Of a DNA stretch of 64,000 nucleotides, positions 1 to 13,630 are shown one piece after another. The translations under genes were made by a program, and so were the position numbers. The number at the start of each line of letters is the position of its first letter. Positions within the stretch are counted from its first letter, which is position 1. The DNA is from the human T2T-CHM13v2.0 reference genome, Homo sapiens. Where the stretch lies: assembly GCF_009914755.1 (NCBI RefSeq), contig NC_060932.1. One strand, 5' to 3'. Below the pieces are notes generated by a model that searched no databases, was not told where the DNA came from, and saw nothing but the letters and a program-made list of their open reading frames with translations.

Positions 1-378
1 AGCCAGAGGCAGGAAAACCATCCCTAGCCCTTCCTTCTCCATCATCTTCTGCCATTGACTCATCACCATGTCAACATGCTTCCTGTTCCAAAAGTATCTC
101 AAATCAGTTCTTGCATCTCTACCTCCACCACCACCCTACTCAAGGCTCCATCATCTCCTACCAAGACCATGCACTAGACACTGAATATTAGAGGTGGGTG
201 GTAGCACCCAGGACATAGGAGGATAGCGACAATGTGGGAGAAAAGAGGACAGCAAAGGTCTTAAGATCAAAGGAAAATACCGCAAAATGTAACGGAAGAC
301 ACACGAAAGCCACTATAATGATTGAAAGACCCTAACGCTCCCAATTCCTACACCCAGTACATTCTGTTCATAGAATTT

Positions 379-393
379 TCTCTCTCTCTCTCA

Positions 394-440
<47 letters not shown>
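379..440. repeat. Compound microsatellite (TC)n(TA)11
   Basis: Directly visible TC run (one interruption) followed by a TA run. Confidence 0.97.
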
Positions 441-441
<1 letters not shown>

Positions 442-557
442 TTTGTGCCATCTGCCTGCTGTTAAAGAAAATGAGTATATACAACCAACACCTACAACTG
501 CTAGAATCCACAATAATCTATCTCTTATACACACTTAATTAGTTTAGGGCTGAGGCA

Positions 558-893
558 CAGTTATGCCATTGCTTAATGAAAGAAAAATGTTCTGAGAGAT
601 GCATCATCAGGCAATTTTGTTGTTGTGTGAAGATCATGGAGTGTATTTTCACAAAGCTAGATGGTAGACCTACCGCACACCTGGGCCATATGGTATAGCC
701 TATTGCTTCTAGGCTAACAAACCTGTACCACATGTGGCTATAATAAATACTGCAGTCAACTGTAACACTATGGTATTTGTGTATCTAAACACATCTAGAC
801 AAAGAAAGGGTACAGTAAAAATATAGTATTATAATTATAGAACCACCCACATGTATTCGGTCCACTGACAAAATGTTACACATCACATAACTA
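558..893 (-). mobile_element. Tigger3a/MER7-like DNA transposon relic (TcMar-Tigger)
   Basis: Core 'ctagatggtag..ctac..cacacctgggccatatggtatagcctattgcttctaggcta' and 'gtacagtaaaaatatagtattataat' match the recalled Tigger3a reverse complement. It aligns with the second copy at 55123-55453. Confidence 0.85.
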
Positions 894-1447
894 TACTTTC
901 AAAGAAGCCAAAATGACCTGAAAATGAGCATAATAGCTCATCATCTCCCCAAACCACATCCACCCAGAAGTTTCAGAGCAGGGTTTTCAGGTGTCAGAGA
1001 TCTTTCTGGAATGCAGGTTTCTTTTTTCCATTGAGACTTTCATTAGCATCTATCTATGGGCCAAGTGCTTTATCTTCTGCTACGTTCCTGACAGCAACTA
1101 AAGCAGATCAGTATTACTGTGTATGCACTAAGAGGTGCTTGAGCCAAATCCCAGCGAGAGGACAGGGGTCCCACTGGGGAGTCAACAATTAAATGCCAAG
1201 AGTTTGGAGTTGGCTGTGGAAGGATCTGAAGCCTTCTTCCCTGACCCCCTCCAGCCCTGACACCGAGCTACTTAGCACAGGTACTGGCTCGGGTTTCACA
1301 CAGACAGCAATCTGTGTGGACAGCTGCCTTGGTGGCCCTAGCAGTTTTGCTGCTTTTCCTCCTCTTTCCTCAATACTCAAGACCAGCTGTCTCCAAACAT
1401 TAATTAAACAAAAATAGCACATTTCAGGCATCATATGACTTTTGAAC

Positions 1448-1453
<6 letters not shown>

Positions 1454-1509
<56 letters not shown>
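1454..1509. repeat. (TA)28 microsatellite
   Basis: Uninterrupted TA run of 56 nt. Confidence 0.98.
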
Positions 1510-1516
<7 letters not shown>

Positions 1517-1523
1517 CTATTTA

Positions 1524-1853
<330 letters not shown>

Positions 1854-2118
1854 TTAAATACAAGCTTTATAATGTAGTATTATGTATTTACAATATATCT
1901 AAAATAATAAAGCGTAAAATATTTTTAAATAATATTGTCTCACCCTGATGGACCATCCTGGAGCCCACAGATACCTAGCTCCAGGTTTCCAGTAGTTGAT
2001 CTTCTGACTGCATTACAAGTGTCCTTGGGGCAGGGCTCTTGCCACAACTGATTCCAGGTCCCCAGTGCCAGGATCATGCCTTGATCCCCCATTCCTTCGG
2101 GAACCCAGCCTCAGAGTG

Positions 2119-2248
2119 CCTTTCCTGCCTCTGGACCCCACTGTCTCTATCTCAGGTCCCTAGCACCTGCTGTCAGGCCATGTCCTTTCCTGCCTCTGGA
2201 CCCCACTATCTCTATCTCAGGTCCTCAGCACCTGCTGTCAGGCCATGT
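2119..2248. repeat. 65-bp tandem duplication (2 copies)
   Basis: 2119-2183 vs 2184-2248, 62/65 identical. Confidence 0.95.
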
Positions 2249-3124
2249 GACCAAACTGCCGGGACTCCACCCACAACCCACTTCCCTTCCTTCCTCACCC
2301 AAAAGACTTAGGCTCAGCCTTCAAGATGCTCCTTGAGTCTTCCCTGTGAGGTCCCCCTATCTGCAGACTCAGAGGGCGTGTTCTCCAGGGACCAGCACTG
2401 ACCCAGCCCAGGGGAATGGGCTTGCAAATGACTTCACAGTCAGGAATTCCCTAGTTGGGAGGGATCCTCCATCCCCTCAACTCCTCGTTGGTCTTTTAAA
2501 AGAATTCTCAATAGAAAAGCAACTGAGAATAAACACATAAGTGTAAATCAAAAAAATAAATAACTAAGTAAAAGAATTCTGATTCAATTTCCCTGCCTTG
2601 AAGCAGAAAAAGGGAAATGTGGCAAAAAGAAGCTGGCACCTGCTAATCAGAAAATGAAAGCACACTGATCACAACCACAAGCACCAAAAGGTCAAGAAAC
2701 AGACTCAAGTCCTATTTTTTTTTTATTTTGATTTTTAATTTGCTGGCAAACTTTTAGAGAGGAGGCTTGATGGAGAGGGGCTTCCTGTCTATGCCAGACC
2801 GTCTAGTCCCATTCCTTACAACTGCCACCCTTGCTTCAGGAAGACCTAAGGCAGGTAGTTGGCATGGGTGGTGGTCATGGACCCCAGAAGGTGCAATGAG
2901 GGCAGGACACTGGCATAAGAAGATGCTACTCAAGCCAGGTGTACAGAATAAAGACGCTTCTTCCAGCTGTAAGACATCTCAAGCACACATGTGGGGCTGA
3001 GTCAGCTGCCAAACCCCGCAAGGAGACCTGACTCCCGGAGTCTTTTGGGGCTCTTGGTGCCGGTTCTCACCCCAAACTGAGAACCGCATGAAACCAGCCT
3101 TCCAACACCCTCCCCTCGTTCATA

Positions 3125-3363
3125 ATTACAAGCACTTAGTGAGCATTTACGTTGGGGCCAGACATCATACAAAGCACTTCACAAATATTATCTCATTTAA
3201 TCCTCAAAACGATCCTATGAGCTACATCTTATTAACCCCATTAAAGAAACAGAAACTGAAGCTTAAAGCAATGAAGTAACTTGACCCAGATGTTCAGCTG
3301 GCAAGTAGCAGAGCCCAGCTTCAAACCCAGCTCCGTCTGATTCTTACCCACTACGCTATACTG
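3125..3363 (-). mobile_element. MIR SINE
   Basis: 'attatctcatttaatcctcaaaacgatcctatgag...agaaactgaagcttaaag...aagtaacttgaccca' is the typical MIR core in reverse orientation. Confidence 0.85.
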
Positions 3364-4153
3364 TTCAACCCGCTTCATAATCTCAAACTGCTTGCTGAGA
3401 CCTGCTCCTCATTCTACACCCAGCGTGTCCAATTTTTCTTGTTTCTGAACTCATAAATATTATTTATGAGCTTGCCTGGCCCCTCAAACGTGGCATGAAT
3501 CACTGCTTCTCTAGTTAAAATGTTTTGTACCCCCATGTAGCCGTGATCTGCATTTACACATCTCTCAACAGCTAGGCAAACTCACACTATCCTGACAAAT
3601 AATCCCCATCCCGGTGTGAGCCTTGCTCTGTCCCTGCAACTAGGGCCAGGCAGAATATCTTCGCAACATTCAAGTGTTTCTAAGTGATTCCACCAGACCC
3701 TCCAGCCGTGTGGCCTCCACAGACCAGGCTCTGGGTGGGCTGGGGGAATGTCACCCATTACTCCTTGGGCCTGGCCCTTAGGCTTCCATGATGGGAGCCC
3801 CCAGGAGGGGGTGAGATGCTGGAAGTGGCTGCTTTCTGGGGATCGAGGTGAACACAGCGGCCACGGCAGTCTCAGTGGTTCAAGTGCTGCCTTTGCTCCT
3901 GCAGTTTCCATTTCCAGCTGGAATCTGCAGCCACATTTATTTCCTGTTCTCCATTCCCTACTTTGGCCATGACCCACTGCCCACCTGGAGAGGTGGTTGG
4001 TTTTTAGTTGAGATGCCTCAAACCTGATATGTGGGTGTAAGACGCCAGGAGTTTATACTCACATATCAAGTTCGAAGCATCTCAACTAAAAAGCATCACG
4101 GCAAGTAGAATTTTTAAGCAACTAAGAAATGTTCTTTGAAAGAAGAAAAAGAG

Positions 4154-4448
<295 letters not shown>

Positions 4449-4519
4449 AAAGAAGAAAAAGAGAATATCTCTAGAAGGGTTAAAGTGATCACTGTGGAAG
4501 GCTCTCCTGCAAAACACTG

Positions 4520-4881
4520 TGTATTAGTCTGTTTTCATACTGCTGATAAAGACGTGCCCGAGAGTGGGTCATTTATAAAGAAAAAGAGGCTTAATGGACT
4601 CACAGTTCCACATGGCTGGGGAGGCCTCACAATCATGGCAGAAGGGGAACAGTTCGTCTTACAAGGCAGCACTCAAGAGAGAATGAGAGCCAAGCCAAAG
4701 GGGTTTCCCCTGACAAAAACATCAGATCTCCTGAGACTTATTCACTATCAGGAGAACATTATAGGGGAAACCACACCCATGATTCAATTATCTCCCACCA
4801 GGTCCCTCCCACAACATGTGGGAATTATAGGAGCTACAATTCAAGATGAGATTTGGGTGGAGACACAGCCAAACCATATCA
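4520..4881 (-). mobile_element. THE1 solo LTR (ERVL-MaLR)
   Basis: Reads TGATATGGTTTGGCTGTGTC...GACTAATACA on the minus strand, 362 bp. 5-bp TSD cactg/cactc. Confidence 0.95.
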
Positions 4882-5139
4882 CACTCAGTTCTCTCTTCTT
4901 TCCTCTAGAGCACTGCAAAAGTAGATGCCCATGTAATGGCCATGTGTCAAACTAACATTCTTCTGTGCAGGCAGAAACCAGCCCTGGCACTGGGGAGACT
5001 CCAAGACTCAGGAAAGTAAGCACCTGGAGAGATCAGGGTCTGAGGTAGCATCACACAGCTTCTAGAGAAATGCATGCTGTTAATTAACAAAGAGGGGACT
5101 AATTTAAAAATGAGCAACACTCCCCAGCCAAGTACTTTC

Positions 5140-5749
5140 TGATACAGGAGTTAAGAAGCAATCACTTAGGCAAATAGTAAGGGTATGGGAGTCCTCAGTA
5201 AGGCTTTCTTTTAAATGAAAAGCAGCCCCAAATCATTTTCTAACTAAGAGCAGCCTGAAAAGTGGAGCCCCAGACATACATAAGCAAGCTGGGAGTTTGC
5301 ATGGATGATTAACAGCAGGAACTAAGGACTAGAAGTATTCAAGATGGCAGCTCCATCTTCCCTTCTCTTTATCAGCAACCTGTACTGTAAGGACCAGACA
5401 AAATGGCACCAATCAACTGGAAAGCTATTTGCATAATAATATTAGGGTGGGGTGACCAACCTTCCCCACACACTATGTAAACATCATACCTGATCAAACC
5501 AATCTGTGAGCCCTATGTAAATCAGAGACTGCCTCCTCAAACCAGACTATAAAATCCTGTGCAGTCTCTGCCACTCAGTCCTTTTTCTGCTCTGAGACTC
5601 CTTTCTCTGTAGAGAGAGCAGTTTCTCTTTTTCTCTTCTGCCTATTAAACCTCTGCTCCTAAACTCCTCATGTGTGTCCGTGTCCTCAGTTTTCCTGGTA
5701 CACCACGAGGAACCCCAGGGTATATACCCCAGACAATGTAGCTGCTTCA
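5140..5749 (+). mobile_element. ERV1 solo LTR, LTR9-like (HUERS-P3)
   Basis: TG...CA termini, 610 bp, start TGATACAGGAGTTAAGAAG, CCAAT and TATAAAA elements, ATTAAA poly(A) signal, 4-bp TSD tttc/cttc. Family name from recalled consensus. Confidence 0.85.
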
Positions 5750-8399
5750 CTTCCAGCTAGGCCGTCAGCACAGGCCCTAAGCAGATTGCAGGCAGAGATG
5801 CTGAGTGTAGACATCAGCCACAAGGCACGATCAGAGGTGTGAATCACCACACTCTGTGTTGGGAAGGCTAAGGTGGCTCCATTAGCGAAACAGGCTCAAC
5901 TTTATTTATTTACAGTGAAAAGAAGCACAGAAAGAAGAAAAACGAAGCTCTCTCCTTCCTGATAAAATGATCCTTGTACATTATGAGCAGGTAGAAGGGG
6001 GGAACTGACGATGAGAAACAATATTTACCCAATGCCTTGACCAGGTACCAGCTGATGGTTTTAAAACATTCTTTAGACACAGCTCTCCAAGAACAAACAT
6101 TATGGAAAGCCCAATTCATTAAAAGATACAGGTAAAAGTGTTCACTTTGAGTCTAAGGTAGTGACCTAGTCCTCTCGGGCAGCCCTGGGGGTGGGGGTCT
6201 ACCAAGTACTGCTGGAGAATCCTTGGACCTTCTCCATCACCTGTTGTCTCACTTAAACCTCATAATAACTTTAGTTACAAGTTGTTGATCCCCATTCTCC
6301 TAGATTAGGAAACCAGGATTCAGCAGGACTGGGTGACTTGCCCACACAGCTAGTAGGCCCCCATATCCTGAAGCACCATCACAATGATCTGCTTCAATCA
6401 GCCTTACGTTGCAAAAAGTAGACAGAGCTTTTCAATATACAGAGAATTAAACAACACCAGCACAGGGGAAGGCGATGTCCACAGCAGGGCAAAAGAGAAA
6501 GAGCAGCCAAGTTAAGAAAACACGCAGCAGAGAACCCTGGAAATAGGACAAAACATCACCTCTAAACAGAATCACTGGTGCCGATAGCTGTCTCGTGAAG
6601 TGCCAAATCATGCTTTGATCCGAAGGCGAGAGTTGGAGGATACATGTGACACTCTCCCTCCTCTCCATCTCAGGCTCCCCTGGGTGAGACACTCTGCTTT
6701 GGTGCCAAAAGTGACAAACTAGTAATTAAAGCTTGTCTTCTTGGGCACTTGCAGTCACCTAATGGCTGCTGTATGCTCCCTTCTCCCAGGGGTGGCATTC
6801 TGGTCTCTCCACCCACAATCCTTGGCACCAGCCAGCATGATGGAGAAGCCTGGTCTGCCACAGGCATTATGGAAGAATGGATCTGCACAGTGGCCTCCTC
6901 ATTCCCCACCAGCACAGTCCCCAAGGAAGGATATCTGGGAACATTCCTACACTGAAAGGTGCCAGCACCCACTGTGGCAATGCCGGCACCCACTCTGATG
7001 AGTTCATGGAGGTGTTTTGCTGGCGTGTTCTAGGTGAGAGGGGTTAAGAATGAAACTGTTACTTTTAGTTAAGACAAAATAAACAGCCTAACTCCTCTCA
7101 GCTCTCCTCTTCCTTCCCCACCTACAAAAAGATATGAGCACACAAATGAGGGGCTTTCTTTTAGAAAGTGGTTATTATAGAACGGGACTACAGAATGCAC
7201 GTATTGTGCAGAATTATTTTAGAAACTCCATGAAGCTACATCAACCAAGGCTTCTCTCTTTGTGCCATCTAACTGAACAGAAAAATGGAATAAAAAATGT
7301 AGGGAAAAATAACAAGAGGAAGCCCAATAACACATAAATGCAAGCTGCATTGTTATTTTTGGTAAAAGTAAGACCTACAGATAATATTGCAGACAATATT
7401 TTTAAGGCTGTGGCTCCAGCCTCCCCAGGCCTATGAGTCCCTCTCCTGGAGTCCCTCACTCCTGGCGCCTGCCGCCAATCCTATCTTGTAGTCAGCAATC
7501 TCTACTAGGGAGTTAACTGATTATTATGGCATTAGCTAAAAAACATTTCAAGATTTCATGCCTGTAAAGAAATGTACGCACAGTAGAAATTGTCCTGTTT
7601 CTATGCACAGATAGATGCCACATGACAATTATTTAATCCAAGTTTTACAGTTTAACACTGTTGAACATTCCACTAATATGTTCCCTCTGCATCAGTCTTA
7701 AAACTTTCCATTCTCTTTCAGTAGACTTTCCTCTCATAATTATAACCCCATGCTATCTCCATCTTCCTTTTAACTTTCTGATACCTCCTATGAGGTAGGT
7801 TCTGTTAATATTATAACCATTTTGCAGACAGACAAGGACGTTGAGACAGAGGTTATTAACATGTCCAAATGCCACAGCAAATCGGGGTCTCTAGTCCGGT
7901 GTTGTCTGTGCTCTTAAGCACCATGCCACATGGCTTCTCTACAATCTACAGAGGTGCTTTCGCAGATGTGTGTTCACCATGAGGAAAAGCACTGATAGGT
8001 TAATCTGGAAATGCAGAATGCCCTTTCAACACACCGTCCTGGAGCGTAAGGGCAAAAGGGAGGTGTGCGGGGAGACATCATAGCAAAGGGCCCCTCATTT
8101 CAAGGCAGAAAATTGAAACTGATAGGATGAAATTTCATCCTATAGGTAACGGCTAGCCAGCTGTCTAAGATTTTAAACAACAGACTCACACGATCAGAAT
8201 TGAATTTTAGCAAATAAGCAGTGTTGACATGAACTGGAGAGGAAAGACTGGCACTGGGGACACTAGATATGAGGCTATTACAATGTTCTAAATAAAGGCC
8301 AGGGAAGACTTAAACCCAGGCTACAGCACTAAAGACAGAGGAAGTACACCAATTACATGAGGAGAAAAAAAAGCTATCCATCAAGAGTAGGGCCCAGGG

Positions 8400-8685
8400 G
8401 GCCGGCACGGTGACTTACGTCTGTAATCCTAGCACTTTGGGAGGCTGAAGTGGGTACATCACTTGAGGTCAGGAGTTTGAGAACAGCCTGGCCAACATGG
8501 TAGAAACCCATCTCTACTAAAAACACAAAAATTATCCAAGCTTGGTGGTGTGCGCTTGTAATCCCAGCTATTCAGGAGGCTGAGGCAGGAGAATTGCTTG
8601 TACATGGGAGGCGGAGGCTGCAGTGAGCCGAGATCACACTACTAGACTCCGTCTCCAAAAAAAATAAAAACAAGAAGAAGAAGAA
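8400..8685 (+). mobile_element. Alu (S-type) with short deletion near the 3' end
   Basis: Alu arms and A tail. Lacks the usual 'agcctgggcgacagagcg' segment. TSD aagagtagggcccaggg/aagaatagcgccaggg. Confidence 0.95.
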
Positions 8686-10262
8686 TAGCGCCAGGGTTTA
8701 ACATGTACATTTCTGAGGATGGAGCTGCCACTGAAAAATAACACACACAAGAGAAGTTCTAGGAGAAAGACAAGTTTGGTTTCATGGACCTGCAAACTTT
8801 GCTCTGCCTGCAGGAATGGAAGATAAGAGAGGGGGACTTTGAAAACAGAGCTCTGCTGGCATTCTTCAAATTACTGCACAGGCAAGCATCTGCTCTACCA
8901 ATCCCTGCGTCGTGGTAAGACTTCATGTGTCCATTTGTTCTGACGTTGTAAGTTGCTTCCACATCTTGTATTTCCCTTTCTCCTAGCAGTCAATGCAGTG
9001 GTTGACATTACAGGCTCTGAGGTTGAGACCATTTGAGCCCTGCAGTTGTTTGGTTTCTTGAAGCCTTTGTCTCCCAGACCTGAGGAGCACAGAAAGGCTT
9101 GTCTTATAGAGTCCTCATGACGTACTCAGCATAGTGCCTGTAACAGAGTTAATATGAAATCAATGTGAGCTAAATTAAGGTCAAAACCGTATTAGTGAGA
9201 GAAATGTGGCATGGACATCACTTTGCTGATGAGAAAACTACCACCAAGAAATAAATGGTTGGTGTGTATACACAGGTACAGAGCTGGTAGAAAGCACAGT
9301 AAGAACCAGAACTCAGAACTCGAGACTCTTCATCTCTTGCCTCTAAATTTGCACTTTCCAAATTTTAAATCAAAATAACTCACGTTCTTACCTCTCCAGA
9401 TCCATTTATTTTAAGAAAAGAAAACCATAGTAAATTTGAAAAACTCTCTCTAAAATGCCATTTAAACTAAGTGGTACAGATTCCATTAGGGATCCTGGGA
9501 GATTTTAAAAGGCGATGTATGTAAAATGCTTAGCCCAGTGTCCTGGCACACTGGAGGAGGACATTAGGTCTGGGGACAATAGATTCCATAGTTGTACACA
9601 TGGGGCTGCAAGCAGCAGAAGCATTTTTCTGCACCAGCAACTTACCAGAAGGACTCTGGGTACACCTTGGTGAAGTTCTGACCTGCAAAGTCACTCTTCA
9701 AGTGGCAGCAAGCACATTTGGGAGAAATCTCAAAACCTCCTAAGTTATTTTTAAATTGCAATTTTCCAGTAGCTCAAAATATGATTCAATACACTAACGT
9801 TCTAATTTCAGCTACTGGTACTAGACACATTCCCAAGGCTCAAAAAAAAATTTAAACAATAAAAGATTCTTCCCAAAGTAAGGCTGCAAGATGTCTGTGG
9901 TGAGCGGAGTTTCCTGATTCCCTCTTCAAACTGCATGCTACTATCCTGACATATAACAAGGCTCAGTTCAAGGCTGCCTAGGAGAGGCATAAAATGCCTC
10001 CATGTGAAAGATAAGTTGGAATATGATCCTTTTGAATACACTCGTGTGAAGCTGCAACAATTGCGGACATTACCACCACTGCATTGCAAAAATCTACAAG
10101 GAACAAGACCATCAGAGTTCCATCTCACGTAACAGTGACCTACACTGAAGCAAGCACCTGTGAAAGAGGGGCGGGGCACCACCTTCTCATGCCACACCCA
10201 CCTCGCTCTATAGGAAAGGTGGCATGTAAGATGTTCCTCAACAGCATTATCACACAGTACTA

Positions 10263-10568
10263 TTTTTACTTACTTATTTGGAGACAGGTTCTCACTCTGT
10301 CACCTAGGCTGAAGTGCAAGGGCGCGATCATGGGTCACTGCAGTCTTGAACTCCAGGACTCAAGCCATCCTCCCACCTCGGCCTCTGGAGGAGCAGGGAC
10401 TACAGATGCATGACATGATGCCCAGCTAATTTTTTTTTTTTACTTTTTGTGGAGACGTAGTCTTGCAATGTTGTCCAGGTTGGTCTTGGACTCCTGGGCT
10501 CCAGCGATCCACCCACCTTGGCCTCCCAAAGTGGTGAGATTACAGGCAGGAGCCACCACGCCCAGGCT
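10263..10568 (-). mobile_element. AluJ-like
   Basis: Antisense Alu with J-type 'gatcatgggtcactgcagtcttgaactcc' and 'ctcctgggctccagcgatcc'. Confidence 0.93.
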
Positions 10569-11009
10569 ACATGGTACTATTCACACCCAGGCTACATTGT
10601 ACTATTAAAACAGAAAACAACTTTTCTAGCATTCAGTAAATAATGTTATAAACAATGTGAATTGTATTCACGTAATCATCAAATATCTATTAAATGCTTA
10701 CTGCATGGAAGGGACCATACCAATTATCACAGGAGACAAACCGAAGGGTCAGCTGAGATCCCTGTCCTCACCAGGGTAATGGGGAGTGGCAAGGACAGTT
10801 CTAAAAACAATGTTTATGTCAAGGGAATGTGATCAGTCATTCGCGATATAAACAAAACAATGCCGTAGTTCAGAGGAGAGAAAGATCATCTGTTTGGAAG
10901 AATCACAGAAGCTTCTGCAGAGCCTTTCAAGTTGAGTATTATTTGTTAGGTAGAGATGGAAAAACTTGGGAGAATACCCAAATCATCATGGATATAAAAT
11001 ATGCAGCAG

Positions 11010-11291
11010 GGCCAGGCACAGTAGCTCACACCTGTAATCCCAGTGCTGTGGGAAGCTGAGGTGGGGGGATCACTTAAGGCCAGGAGTTTGAGACAAGCCT
11101 GGGCAACACAGCAAGACCCCATCTCTAAAACATAAAAATTAGCTGGGCATTGTGGTACATTCCTGTAGTCCTAGCTCCTTGGAAGGATGAGGCAGGAGGA
11201 TCGCTTGAGCCCAGGAGTTCAATGCTACAGCAAGGATCACACCATCTCACCCCAGCCTGGGCAACAGAGTGAGATCCTGTCTCTGAAAAAA
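11010..11291 (+). mobile_element. AluJ-like
   Basis: J-type 'aggatcgcttgagcccaggagttc' and 'gggcaacacagcaagacccc'. Confidence 0.93.
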
Positions 11292-12213
11292 CACTGCCAC
11301 AGATCTAATTAAGATTTTCCATTCCCACCATCCCCACTCCAATTCCGCTATTAACGATGCATGTTATTTTAATAAAAAGACGAAAAAATAGAGAACTCAA
11401 AACTCACCATTTAATCAACCATGCCTAATTTTTTTTTCTAGATTTTGTTTTTCTAGTCTGTTTCTTTTAGCTTTCAAACCCTTTACATATTTCCCAGGGC
11501 AAGGTGAAAATACAATGAGCCTTGTCATAGTCCTAATTTTTTTAATATTAGTTCCTTCCATATAGTAGGAAGAGTTGGGATTTTTTTTTCTTGACTCTAA
11601 GTTAATGAGTCTCAAGATTGATATAAATGCAATTATCCTGTGGAGTGGTGAGTCTAAGGAGGCTTCAGCTTTTAATAAACATTGCTTATCCCTATTAAAA
11701 GCCTCTAATGTGATAAGGTTTGTAAGCCCTTAGCTACAGAGGACTGGGACCATTGATTGCCTAAGCCCCCAAGATGTTTATTTCCAGCTTCCCCGCTCAA
11801 TGACAGAACAGACATAAGCAAGAACATAACAAAACAAGGTGTACCTTTATGGAACATCCCACAGCCTCAGCCTAAGAATCAGGCAAAAGATGCTGGAAAT
11901 AAAGAGAGAAAGAGAGACACAGAGAGAGAGAGACAGAGACCATCCCCACTACAGACACTTGTAAACCAGAACAGTATCTCTGAGGACCAGCCAAGGAAAT
12001 TGAGAAATAGTGCCTAGCACAAACTGACCACAGCATTGCTTATGATTTACTACTCTGTTACATCTTTATTTCCAGCAATTCAGAAAAGCAAGCATGCCCC
12101 TTCAGTATGGAAACTTTGTGTTCTTTGTCCAATATATATCTGCCAGGCCTGGCTCTCCTTCCAGGGCAATCCCTGTTGCCAAATTGATGAAAAACTAATG
12201 TCAATTTTCTTTA

Positions 12214-12692
<479 letters not shown>

Positions 12693-13300
12693 CTAGAGAA
12701 AAGTTGCCAAGTGACAACAGAGAGAAAGCAGCCTGCCCTCGGAGCACATTTGAGGTACATGAATGTCCTAGTCTACAGAGGCACAACCTCTGAACTGAGG
12801 CCCTAGAACCAGCACCTTGGCAGTGCCAGCTACGTGAGGCCAGGGGTGGCTCTATTTTGCTGCTCCCTGAGGGATTACTGCCAGCGTCAGTGCTGCTCCA
12901 CTGCTCTGTCCTATATAACCGTAGTGCAATATCCAAACCAGAAACTAGGTCTAGTGCGCATTTACCATTCCATTTTATCATATGTGCAAGAATGGGGAAA
13001 CTAGCTGAGGAATACTTCAGACCTTTACAACTTCCTATAAATCCGTAATTATTTTCAAATAAAAAGTTAAAAAAGGAAAAGGCTGCCCAGCTCCACAAGG
13101 CCCAATGCTGTCATATCCTACCTCCCGCTACGCTTTGTTCAAACCCACCTCTCTCATGAAATCCAACTGAGTCTAGGGAAAGGGACATGGGATTGGGAGG
13201 CAGGAGCCCTGGTTTCCATTCAGGGGCTTGCATTTCCTTAACTAGAGGGGCAGAACAGCTATTACTCAAGGGCCCTTAACTTTTAAGATTTATAGATAAA

Positions 13301-13630
<330 letters not shown>

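Noticed and set aside
4485-4955. 156-aa plus ORF
   Set aside because: Read-through of a THE1 LTR. The same peptide recurs at 34365-34562 in the other THE1.
5880-5945. Overlapping AATAAA signals on the minus strand (possible gene 3' end)
   Set aside because: The hexamer is common, there is no clear downstream GU/U-rich element, and no terminal coding exon is identifiable upstream.
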